In this document: piece by piece, positions 56,300 through 64,000 of the stretch
How positions within the stretch are numbered: the first letter of the stretch is position 1
How the letters are laid out: every line of letters starts with the position of its first letter
NCBI GenBank assembly: GCA_036229005.1
Contig: JAZAMN010000071.1
Location: 179,388-243,387, forward strand
DNA: 64,000 bases
Origin: Myxococcota bacterium
Lineage (GTDB): Bacteria > Myxococcota_A > UBA796 > CAJQPC01
Direction: 5' to 3'
Notes under the pieces: generated by a model
Database searches by the model: none
What the model saw: the letters and a program-made list of their open reading frames with translations, nothing else
Told to the model about the DNA's origin: nothing
Position numbers and translations under genes: made by a program

Positions 56300-56861
56300 G
56301 ACAACAAAGAGCTACGACGACTTCCGCCGCGACTGCGGCACGCGCATGGCCGAGATCTTCAGGATCTACGGCCTGCCCGAGATGCCCGGCCAGGTCCTGG
56401 GTGTGCTCATGGCCAGCGCCGAGCCCGTCACCCTGGGAGAGCTGCGCGAGGTGCTGGGCACCGCCAAGAGCACCCTGAGCGTGGCCGCCCGGCGCCTGGA
56501 GGCCTTTGGCGTGGTGCACCGGACGCGCCTTCTGGGCGACCGACAGGACTACTACCTGGCCCAGGACGACATGGTCCGCCTGATGGAGCACCTGATCCAG
56601 CGCTTCTTCCTGCCCGAGGTGCAGGGGACCAGCGCGATGCTGCGTCAGATGCAGGATGACCTCGCTGGTGGAGCCGGTCCTGACTGGCCTGACGACAGAG
56701 CCAAGGCCCGGTTGGTGCACCGCGCTGCCGGCCTTCAGGCCGTGACGGACGGCACCGCCCACTTCCTCAACGCGCTGATCGGACCGGACGGTCGCCTGGA
56801 CCAGCAGAAGATCGGCGAGCTGATCGCGCTGCTCACGCAGCTCCAAGGAGAGTCGCAATGA
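56298..56861 (+). CDS. GbsR/MarR-family transcriptional regulator
   Basis: YGLP..GQVLGVL, TLGEL...LGTAKSTLS..RRL and GDRQDYY. Confidence 0.85.
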   Translation: MTTKSYDDFRRDCGTRMAEIFRIYGLPEMPGQVLGVLMASAEPVTLGELREVLGTAKSTLSVAARRLEAFGVVHRTRLLGDRQDYYLAQDDMVRLMEHLIQRFFLPEVQGTSAMLRQMQDDLAGGAGPDWPDDRAKARLVHRAAGLQAVTDGTAHFLNALIGPDGRLDQQKIGELIALLTQLQGESQ

Positions 56862-57391
56862 ACGCCCTCAAGCCCCAGACCGACAGCAGCCTGCCGTCCT
56901 ACCTGCGCGGGCACTACCAGCTCCAGGACGCCGAGATGACCCTGGCCGAGGGCCTGGAGGAGTACTGGCGCGTGAACCCCGGCCTGGACGACCCCCGGGA
57001 GATGCAGGATCGCGATGCGGCGGCCTACTTCACCAGCCACGACTGCTGCCACGTGGTGTTCGGCACCCACACCGGCGATCTGGACGAGGCCTGCAACGAC
57101 TACTACACGATGTTCGCCGTGGACCTTCCCTGGCGCGAGTACGTCGGCGGCTTCCTCAAGACCGAGCAGTCCAAGAGCATCCTGGGCTACTACTTCAAGG
57201 CCGCCACGCTGCGGATGCTCTGGCACTCCACGTTGCTGCTTCCGGCCACCTGGCGCGTCGCCAGGCAGGTCCACAAGAAGTGGCCCTGGAAGCCGACCCA
57301 GGAGATGATGCAGACCCCGCTGCGCGCGCTGCGGGAGGAGTACGGGATCCAGGTCCTGCACCCCGAGAAGATGCTGCTGGACCGGCGCTAG
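56858..57391 (+). CDS. Coq4-like metal-binding protein
   Basis: HDCCH-x11-E motif and C-terminal PLRALREEYGI. ATGA coupling. Confidence 0.65.
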   Translation: MNALKPQTDSSLPSYLRGHYQLQDAEMTLAEGLEEYWRVNPGLDDPREMQDRDAAAYFTSHDCCHVVFGTHTGDLDEACNDYYTMFAVDLPWREYVGGFLKTEQSKSILGYYFKAATLRMLWHSTLLLPATWRVARQVHKKWPWKPTQEMMQTPLRALREEYGIQVLHPEKMLLDRR

Positions 57392-57394
57392 CGC

Positions 57395-58321
57395 TCAGGG
57401 CTGGGCGAGCAGGTCCCGGACGGCCTCGCCCCACTGGGGGTGCGCAAAGGCAAAGCCCGCCTCCTGCAGCCTGCCCGGCAGCACGTAGCGGCTCTTGAGC
57501 AGCAGCTCGGTGTCCGTCTGCAGCGCCAGCGCGCCGAGCTCCGCCATCCAGGCCGTGGCGGGCAGACCGAGCGGGACCCCGAGCGCGTCTCGGAGCTGGG
57601 CCATGAGCTCCCGCTGGGGCAGGGGGCCCGGCGCGCAGAGGTTGACCGGGCCCTCGATGTCGGGGTTCGCGATCAGGAACTCCAGCGCCCGCACGAAGTC
57701 CCGGCCGTGGATCCAACTCACCTTCTGCTGGCCGCCCGCGATGGGCCCTCCCAGTCCGAGGCGGGCCATACGCCGGAGCACCGAGAAGACACCGCCAGCT
57801 TCGGGCGTCATGACCATGGCCGTGCGCAGGGCGACCTTGCGGACACGGTCGGGCACCTGGGCCAGCTCCAGCTCGCGCTCCCAGGCCAGCGCGATGTCGA
57901 TGGAGTGCTTCCAGTAGACCGGGGCGTCAGGCTCCCAGCCGCCGATGCGCCCGCTGCGCTCGTCGTTCGGACGGTCCAGGCTGTGGGCGTAGATCGTGGC
58001 CGTGCTCATCTGCAGCCAGAGCCGCGGGGGACGCGCGCAGGCAGCGATGGCCTCCCCCACCACCCGCGTGGAGCGGACGCGGCTGTCCATCATCTGCCGC
58101 AGGTTGCGGTCGTTGTAGCGGCAGTCGACCGTTCGGCCCGCCAGGTTGATGACCACATCGGCGTCCTCCAGCAGCTCCGCCCAGGGTCCCAGGGACGCGC
58201 CGTCCCAGTGGTGCAGGCCCTGAGCAGACCGCGAGAGCACATGGACCTGGTGCGCGTCCCCCCACGCCTGAGCCAGCAAGCGACCGACCTGTCCGCTGCC
58301 ACCCGGAATCACGATCTTCAT
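57395..58321 (-). CDS. TIGR01777/YfcH-like NAD-dependent epimerase (DUF1731)
   Basis: GGSGQVG, VINLAG, GQQKVSWIH..D, GPVNLCAP and P.RL..AGF.F. Confidence 0.9.
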   Translation of the reverse strand: MKIVIPGGSGQVGRLLAQAWGDAHQVHVLSRSAQGLHHWDGASLGPWAELLEDADVVINLAGRTVDCRYNDRNLRQMMDSRVRSTRVVGEAIAACARPPRLWLQMSTATIYAHSLDRPNDERSGRIGGWEPDAPVYWKHSIDIALAWERELELAQVPDRVRKVALRTAMVMTPEAGGVFSVLRRMARLGLGGPIAGGQQKVSWIHGRDFVRALEFLIANPDIEGPVNLCAPGPLPQRELMAQLRDALGVPLGLPATAWMAELGALALQTDTELLLKSRYVLPGRLQEAGFAFAHPQWGEAVRDLLAQP

Positions 58322-58344
58322 GGTCTCGACCTCCAGTGCCTATT

Positions 58345-58364
58345 AAACTAAACATGTTCATTTT
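58345..58364. promoter_or_regulatory. Putative TetR operator
   Basis: AT-rich imperfect palindrome AAACTAAACATGTTCATTTT between the divergent TetR and epimerase genes. Confidence 0.6.
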
Positions 58365-58382
58365 CTATTCAAGGAGCGGATC

Positions 58383-59069
58383 GTGGCCGGTCGTCCCCCA
58401 GGCCCCAGCGACAAGGGCCGCCAGACCCGAGAGCGCCTGTACCGCACCGCCCTGCTGCTCTTCGCCGAGCAGGGCTACGAGCAGACCACCCTGCGCGGGA
58501 TCGCCAAGCGCGCCCAGGTCAGCCCCGGCCTGCTCTACCGCTACTTCCCCTCCAAGCAGGCGCTGGTGCTGGAGCTCTACGCCAGCCTGTCCTCGACGTA
58601 CGCGGCGAGCATCGAGGGGGCTGTCGAACGCCCATGGAGTCAGGGGGTGAGGGAGGCGACCCTGACCAGCCTGCAGACCCTCTCCCCCCACCGAGAGACC
58701 CTCCGCGCGCTGCTGGGTGTGCTGGTCTCCCCCGGCGAGGACAGCCTGTTTGGCGCCAACACCCGACAAGCCCGTGAGCGCGTCCAGGGGGCCTTCCACG
58801 CGGCGCTGGAGCGGGCTCCGGATCGCCCCGATGCCTGGCAGGATCTGGCGCTGCTGGCCTGGCTCGGGCACCTCGCGGTCATCCTCTTCTGGCTGCTGGA
58901 CCGCAGCCCCGGGCAGCGCGCGAGTACGGCCCTGCTGGAGTGGGTGCCTTGGGGCGCGATGGGCCTGGCGCTGCGGCTCCCGGGGGTGGGGGCGGCGGTG
59001 TCCGGGCTGGCGACGCTGGTCCGGGAGGGGCTGCTGGGGGAGCCAACCGCGACGCCGACCAAGCGATAG
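58383..59069 (+). CDS. TetR/AcrR-family transcriptional regulator
   Basis: LFAEQGYEQTTLRGIA...VSPGLLYRYFPSK with AGGAG RBS. Confidence 0.93.
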   Translation: MAGRPPGPSDKGRQTRERLYRTALLLFAEQGYEQTTLRGIAKRAQVSPGLLYRYFPSKQALVLELYASLSSTYAASIEGAVERPWSQGVREATLTSLQTLSPHRETLRALLGVLVSPGEDSLFGANTRQARERVQGAFHAALERAPDRPDAWQDLALLAWLGHLAVILFWLLDRSPGQRASTALLEWVPWGAMGLALRLPGVGAAVSGLATLVREGLLGEPTATPTKR

Positions 59070-59117
59070 CCAGGCCCGTGCCCCCCTCGCTGTCACGCGG
59101 CCGCTACAATCCGCACC

Positions 59118-60524
59118 ATGTTCAGCTTCACCCTCAACGGAAAGCGCCGCCACGTCCGCGCCGTGCCCCCCAACACCACCCTGCTGCAGTACCTGCGCGA
59201 CAGGCAGCTCTGCGGCACCAAGGAAGGCTGCGCCGAGGGCGATTGCGGCGCCTGCACGGTGACGGTCTGGGACCAAGACGGCTGGCGCGCCATCAACGCC
59301 TGCCTGGTGCCCCTGCCGTCTCTGGCCGGCCGCCACCTGCTCACGGTCGAGGGCCTGGCCGACGGCGAGCAGCTCCACCCCGCCCAGCAGGCCATGGTCG
59401 ACACCCTGGGCAGCCAGTGCGGCTACTGCACGCCCGGTTTCGTGATGTCCATGTTCGAGGCCTGCCACCGCAGCGACCTGGACGCCGAGTGGAAGAAGGA
59501 CGACCAGCTCTGCGGCAACCTCTGCCGCTGCACCGGCTACCGCCCCATCCGCGAGGCCCTGGACCGGGTCGCGGGCAGTCAGCCCCCCGATGACCTCGTC
59601 GGCGAGCTCCAGCCCAGGACCCGTCTCGACTACCGCGTGGGCTCAGAGCGGTTCTTCCGGCCTGCCTCCCTCACCGAGCTCTGGCCCCTCCTCTCCGCCT
59701 TCCCGGACGCTGCATTGGTCGCCGGCGCGACCGATCTGGGCCTGCGCATCACCCAGCGGGGCGAGCGCTTCCAGACCCTCATCTCCCTGGAGGCCCTGCC
59801 CCTGGACACCCTGGAGCGCGTCGACACCGCGGACCGCCACGGCTGGCGCATCGGCGCGACCCTGCCCCTCTCTGAGCTCGAGGCCGCCGACCCCATCCCC
59901 GTGCTCACCCGCATGCTGCGCTACTTCGCCAGCCGGCAGATCAAGCACCGCGCCACCCTGGGCGGCAACCTGGTCAACGCCAGCCCCATCGGCGACAGCG
60001 CCCCCGTGCTGATGGCCCTGGGCGCCCGCGTCGTCCTCCGCTCCGAGCAGGGCGCCCGCGAGCTGCCCCTGGAGGACTTCTTCGTCGCCTACCGCCAGAC
60101 CGCCCTGGCCCCCGGCGAGATCCTGGAGGCCGTCTGGGTCCCCGACCCGCCCCCCCACACCAAGCTCGGGGCCTACAAGGTCAGCCGCCGCCGCGAGATG
60201 GACATCTCCGCCGTCTCCGCGGGCTTCTTTGTCCGCCTCAGCCAGGGTCGGGTCGAGGAGGTGCGGCTCTGCTACGGCGGAATGGCGGGGACCACCGCCC
60301 GGGCCCTTGGCGCCGAGCAGGCTCTGCTGAACCAGCCCTGGAGCGAGGACACCCTGGAGCGCGCCATCGCCGCCCTGGACTTTGCGCCCTTCTCCGACCA
60401 CCGCGGCAGCGCCTGGTACCGGAACAAGGTCGCCGAGAACCTGCTCCGCGGCTTCTACCTGGAGACCCAGGGCAGCGACTGCCCGCTGCTGGCCGACGGC
60501 CACGTCGGGACGGTGCAGCCATGA
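59118..60524 (+). CDS. xdhA: Xanthine dehydrogenase small (2Fe-2S/FAD) subunit
   Basis: GTKEGCAEGDCGAC, QCGYCTPGF, NLCRCTGYRPI, AGATD, ATLGGN..NASPIGD and YKVSRR..DIS. Confidence 0.94.
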   Translation: MFSFTLNGKRRHVRAVPPNTTLLQYLRDRQLCGTKEGCAEGDCGACTVTVWDQDGWRAINACLVPLPSLAGRHLLTVEGLADGEQLHPAQQAMVDTLGSQCGYCTPGFVMSMFEACHRSDLDAEWKKDDQLCGNLCRCTGYRPIREALDRVAGSQPPDDLVGELQPRTRLDYRVGSERFFRPASLTELWPLLSAFPDAALVAGATDLGLRITQRGERFQTLISLEALPLDTLERVDTADRHGWRIGATLPLSELEAADPIPVLTRMLRYFASRQIKHRATLGGNLVNASPIGDSAPVLMALGARVVLRSEQGARELPLEDFFVAYRQTALAPGEILEAVWVPDPPPHTKLGAYKVSRRREMDISAVSAGFFVRLSQGRVEEVRLCYGGMAGTTARALGAEQALLNQPWSEDTLERAIAALDFAPFSDHRGSAWYRNKVAENLLRGFYLETQGSDCPLLADGHVGTVQP

Positions 60525-62731
60525 AGATGGACCGCCACCACGACGCCCGCCTGCACGTCACCGGCCGCGCCCAGTACGTCGACGACCTGCCCAGCCCGCC
60601 TGGGACCCTGTGGGTGCAGCCCGTGCCCTCCCCCGTGGCCCACGGCCTGCTGCGCAGCATCGACCCCGCCGCCGCCTTGGCCATGCGCGGCGTCCACCGC
60701 GTGCTCACCGCCGCGGACATCCCCGGGGACGGCCTGATCGGCCCCATCGTCCACGACGAGCCCCTTCTGGCCCAAGACAAGGTCCACTGCGTCGGCCAGC
60801 CCGTCGCCCTGGTGGTCGCGGACACCCGGGAGCTCGCCCAGCGCGCCGCCGCCGCCGTGCGGTTGGACATCGTCCCCCACCCGGCGCTGCTCACCATGGA
60901 CGCCGCCATCGAGGCCGGCTCCACCCACGGCACCCCCCACGTCATCGCCCGCGGGGACGTCGACGACGCCCTCGCCCAGGCCCAGGTCGTCGTGCGCGGC
61001 GAGATGCGCTGCGGCGGCCAGGACCACTTCTACCTGGAGACCCAGGCCGCCCTGGTCCAGCCCACCGACGACGGCGGCTTCCACATCCAGTCCAGCACCC
61101 AGCACCCCACCGAGATCCAGAAGATGGCCGCCCACGTCCTGGGCATCGGGGCGCACCGCATCGTCTGCGAGGTCCCTCGCATGGGCGGCGGGTTCGGCGG
61201 CAAGGAGAGCCAGGCCACCCAGCCCGCGTGTTGGGCCACGCTCGCATCGTGGGCTACGGGCCGTCCCTGCCGCGTCCGACTCTCCCGACACGAGGACATG
61301 GCCTGGACCGGCGGCCGCCACCCCTTCCTGGGCCGCTACGAGGCCGGCTTCACCGCGGAGGGCGACCTCCAGGCCCTGCGGGTCCAGCTCTACGCCAACG
61401 GCGGCTGGAGCCAGGACCTGAGCATCCCCATCCTGGACCGGGCGATGTTCCACGCGGACAACGCCTACTTCATCCCGCACCTGCGCTTCGAGGGCCACGC
61501 CCTGCGCACGCACCTGCCCTCCAACACCGCCTTCCGCGGCTTCGGCGGCCCCCAGGGCATGCTGGTCGTGGAGCAGGCCCTGGACCACTTCGCCGAGCAG
61601 CAGGGCCTGGATCCCGCCGCCGTGCGCGTGCGCAACCTCTACCGCGAGGGCCAGAGCACCCCCTACGGGCAGGTCCTGGAGGAGGTGCGGCTGCAGCGTA
61701 TCTGGGACGAGCTCTCCACCTCTTCGGACTATGCGGCGCGGCGACAGTCCGTACAGACCGGCTGGGTTCGACGAGGAATGGGTTTCCAGCCCATCAAGTT
61801 CGGCATCAGCTTCACGGCCTCACTGCTCAACCAGGCCGGCGCGCTGGTGCTGGTGTTCGCGGACGGCAGCGTGCAGCTCAACCACGGCGGCACCGAGATG
61901 GGCCAGGGCCTGCACGCCAAGATGTTGCAGGTGTGCTCGGTCGAGCTGGGCATCCCCACGGACAGGATCCGGGTGATGCGCACCGCCACCGACAAGGTCC
62001 CCAACACCAGCGCCACCGCCGCCAGCTCCGGGGCCGACCTGAACGGCCAGGCTGTCCGCGACGCCTGCCGCCAGCTCCGCGAGCGCATGGACGCCGTGCG
62101 GGCCGAGATGCCTGGGGACCCCAGCTTCGCGCAGGTCGCCACCCAGTGCTGGGTCAACCAGATCTCCCTGGCCGCCGCCGGCTTCTACGCCACCCCGGGC
62201 ATCGGCTACGACCGCGAGGCCGGGCGCGGCCGGCCCTTCTTCTACTTCGCCTACGGCGGCGCAGTCTGCGAGGTCGCGATCAACGCCCTGACCGGCGAGT
62301 ACCGGCTGCTGCGCGCCGACATCCTGCACGACGTGGGCGACAGCCTGCTCCCCGGCGTGGACCGCGGGCAGGTCGAGGGCGGCTTCGTCCAGGGCATGGG
62401 CTGGCTCACGGCCGAGGAGCTGCACGTCCGCGACGACGGCAGCGCGGTCACCGTGGGGCCCAGCACCTACAAGATCCCCAGCATCGGGGACATCCCCCGG
62501 GACTTCACGGTCAGGCTGCTGGAGAAGGCCCCGCAGCCGGGCGTGATCCACGGCTCCAAGGCCGTCGGCGAGCCCCCCTTCATGCTGGCCATCGCGGTGG
62601 TGCACGCCCTGCGCGACGCCATCTCCAGCTTCGGCCCCGGGCCCGTGGAGCTGGCCCTGCCCGCCACCCCCGAGGCCGTCCTGCGCGCCATCGCCGTCCA
62701 GAAGGGCGAGCTGCCCCGCAGCGGCCGCTGA
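60521..62731 (+). CDS. xdhB: Xanthine dehydrogenase molybdopterin subunit
   Basis: QDHFYLE, MGGGFGGKE, TAFRGFGGPQG, GTEMGQGL, TAASSG.DLNG and SKAVGEPP. ATGA coupling. Confidence 0.95.
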   Translation: MKMDRHHDARLHVTGRAQYVDDLPSPPGTLWVQPVPSPVAHGLLRSIDPAAALAMRGVHRVLTAADIPGDGLIGPIVHDEPLLAQDKVHCVGQPVALVVADTRELAQRAAAAVRLDIVPHPALLTMDAAIEAGSTHGTPHVIARGDVDDALAQAQVVVRGEMRCGGQDHFYLETQAALVQPTDDGGFHIQSSTQHPTEIQKMAAHVLGIGAHRIVCEVPRMGGGFGGKESQATQPACWATLASWATGRPCRVRLSRHEDMAWTGGRHPFLGRYEAGFTAEGDLQALRVQLYANGGWSQDLSIPILDRAMFHADNAYFIPHLRFEGHALRTHLPSNTAFRGFGGPQGMLVVEQALDHFAEQQGLDPAAVRVRNLYREGQSTPYGQVLEEVRLQRIWDELSTSSDYAARRQSVQTGWVRRGMGFQPIKFGISFTASLLNQAGALVLVFADGSVQLNHGGTEMGQGLHAKMLQVCSVELGIPTDRIRVMRTATDKVPNTSATAASSGADLNGQAVRDACRQLRERMDAVRAEMPGDPSFAQVATQCWVNQISLAAAGFYATPGIGYDREAGRGRPFFYFAYGGAVCEVAINALTGEYRLLRADILHDVGDSLLPGVDRGQVEGGFVQGMGWLTAEELHVRDDGSAVTVGPSTYKIPSIGDIPRDFTVRLLEKAPQPGVIHGSKAVGEPPFMLAIAVVHALRDAISSFGPGPVELALPATPEAVLRAIAVQKGELPRSGR

Positions 62732-63583
62732 GTGCTGCGCACCGCCCTCAAGGTCAGCCGCCCCGGCCTGTGGTTCCAGACCATCTGGCTCTACGTCCTG
62801 CCCCTGTCCGCGGGGGCGGACTGGCGCGATCCCGTGCTCTGGCTGGGCCTGTTCTGGGTCTGCTTTCCCCTGAGCGGGCTGGTCTACGGCTGGAACGACT
62901 GGGTGGACTGGGAGATCGACCAGCACAACCCCCGCAAGGACTCCTGGCTCTTTGGCGCCCGCGCCCCCAAGGAGACCCTGGGGCGCCTGATGTGGCTCTG
63001 GGGCGGCCTCCACCTGGTGTTCTCGGCGCTCTTTGTGTGGCTGGCCGGCTGGTGGATGGCCGCCGCGATGGCCGGGGTCGTGCTGGTGAACGCCACCTAC
63101 AACGCAAAGATCGGCGGTCTACGCGGCCGCCCGCCCTTCGATCTCATCAACCCCCTGGGCTACCTGCTGGTGGTCTGGATCTCCGCCCGGCTGAACGGCA
63201 CGCCGCCGGTCCCCTGGCCCGCGCTGGCCTACCTGGCCGCCTTCTGCGCCCACGCCCAGCTCGTCGGCGAGGTCATGGACTACTGGCCCGACACCGCCAC
63301 CGGCCGCAAGACCACCGCGACGCTGCTGGGGGTGCGCCCCACCAAGGGCCTCATCCTGCTGCTGGTGCTCGGCGAGGGCCTGGTCCTGGGCCTGCACTTT
63401 GGCGACTGGGTGCTGGGCGGCATGCTGCTGCTGGCGGTCCCCTGGCTGCTGCTGGACCTGTTCTGGCTCTACAAGGAGCGCCAGTACACCCAGAAGGAGC
63501 TCACCCTGGCCGGCCTGGGGATGAACGGCGCAGGGCTGGTGTCGATGGGCTGGGTGCTGTGGTCGGGGTCGTTGATGGGGTGA
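62732..63583 (+). CDS. UbiA-family prenyltransferase
   Basis: SRP..W, YGWNDWVDWEID..NPRK, D...D...GRKTTA and multiple TM helices. Confidence 0.85.
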   Translation: MLRTALKVSRPGLWFQTIWLYVLPLSAGADWRDPVLWLGLFWVCFPLSGLVYGWNDWVDWEIDQHNPRKDSWLFGARAPKETLGRLMWLWGGLHLVFSALFVWLAGWWMAAAMAGVVLVNATYNAKIGGLRGRPPFDLINPLGYLLVVWISARLNGTPPVPWPALAYLAAFCAHAQLVGEVMDYWPDTATGRKTTATLLGVRPTKGLILLLVLGEGLVLGLHFGDWVLGGMLLLAVPWLLLDLFWLYKERQYTQKELTLAGLGMNGAGLVSMGWVLWSGSLMG

Positions 63584-63619
63584 GCCCCTGGCGGGCCCTT
63601 CTCGGGGGCTAGGGGCTGT

Positions 63620-63876
63620 GAGTGAGCGCCGGCACGAGGCTACGGCCTCCGAGTGAGCGAAGGGGGGTGGCTACGGCCTCTGAGTGAGCGCCGCCGCGAG
63701 GCTACGCCCCACCAGTGAGCGCTCGGGCCACCGAATCGGGGTCTTCGGGGGCCAAAACAGGCCGATTTGGGGGCCAAAGCGGCCTCGGAGGCCGGATCCG
63801 GTGGCCGATTCGCTCACTGAGCCGGCGTAGCCTCAGCGGAGCGCTCACTGAGCCGCCGTAGCCTCAGCGAAGCGCT
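63620..63876. repeat. Inverted 31-bp-periodic array, family B, copy 2
   Basis: (G/C)AGTGAGCG at 63620, 63651, 63682 and 63713, the first three followed by GGCTACG boxes. GGCCACCG/CGGTGGCC inner repeat. Inverted CGCTCACTG-N6-CGTAGCC at 63811 and 63842. Confidence 0.9.
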
Positions 63877-64000
63877 TGTGTCTGCCATCGCCGGGTAGCC
63901 TGTTGAAGCCGGGGGGAGGCGCGGAGCTCGATGAAGCGCTGGTCCCGAGCAATCGAGACCGTGAGTGAGCTTGAGCCCGCGCCTCCTTTCGGTCACGCCC

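Overview
GC-rich (roughly 70% by eye), gene-dense bacterial chromosome segment. A MYXO-CTERM-like tail, an Oar-like TonB-dependent receptor, several Ser/Thr kinase-fold proteins and many lipoproteins point to a Myxococcota-like lineage (inference). Recognisable genes: trpF, pheT (no pheS alongside), aspS, tgt, a CCA/poly(A)-polymerase-family nucleotidyltransferase, bolA, fused spmAB and xdhAB, plus hybrid histidine kinases, a class III cyclase, proteases, GH26, a sulfatase-like protein and regulators. I saw no rRNA, tRNA, CRISPR array, integrase or transposase. The most unusual signals are: (1) two unrelated families of inverted 31-bp-periodic bipartite repeat arrays (18.9, 52.4 and 63.6 kb), one with a helically phased A/T-tract core; (2) a ~1.8 kb non-coding mosaic (18.37-20.17 kb) holding two copies of a covarying, highly structured element and a 3x ~170-bp tandem; (3) a Ser/Thr kinase ORF that reads in frame into a separately initiable, internally duplicated small protein, followed by a minimal subtilase; (4) about a dozen ultrashort lipoprotein signal peptides lacking K/R. 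All calls rest on motif recognition by eye; no searches were run.
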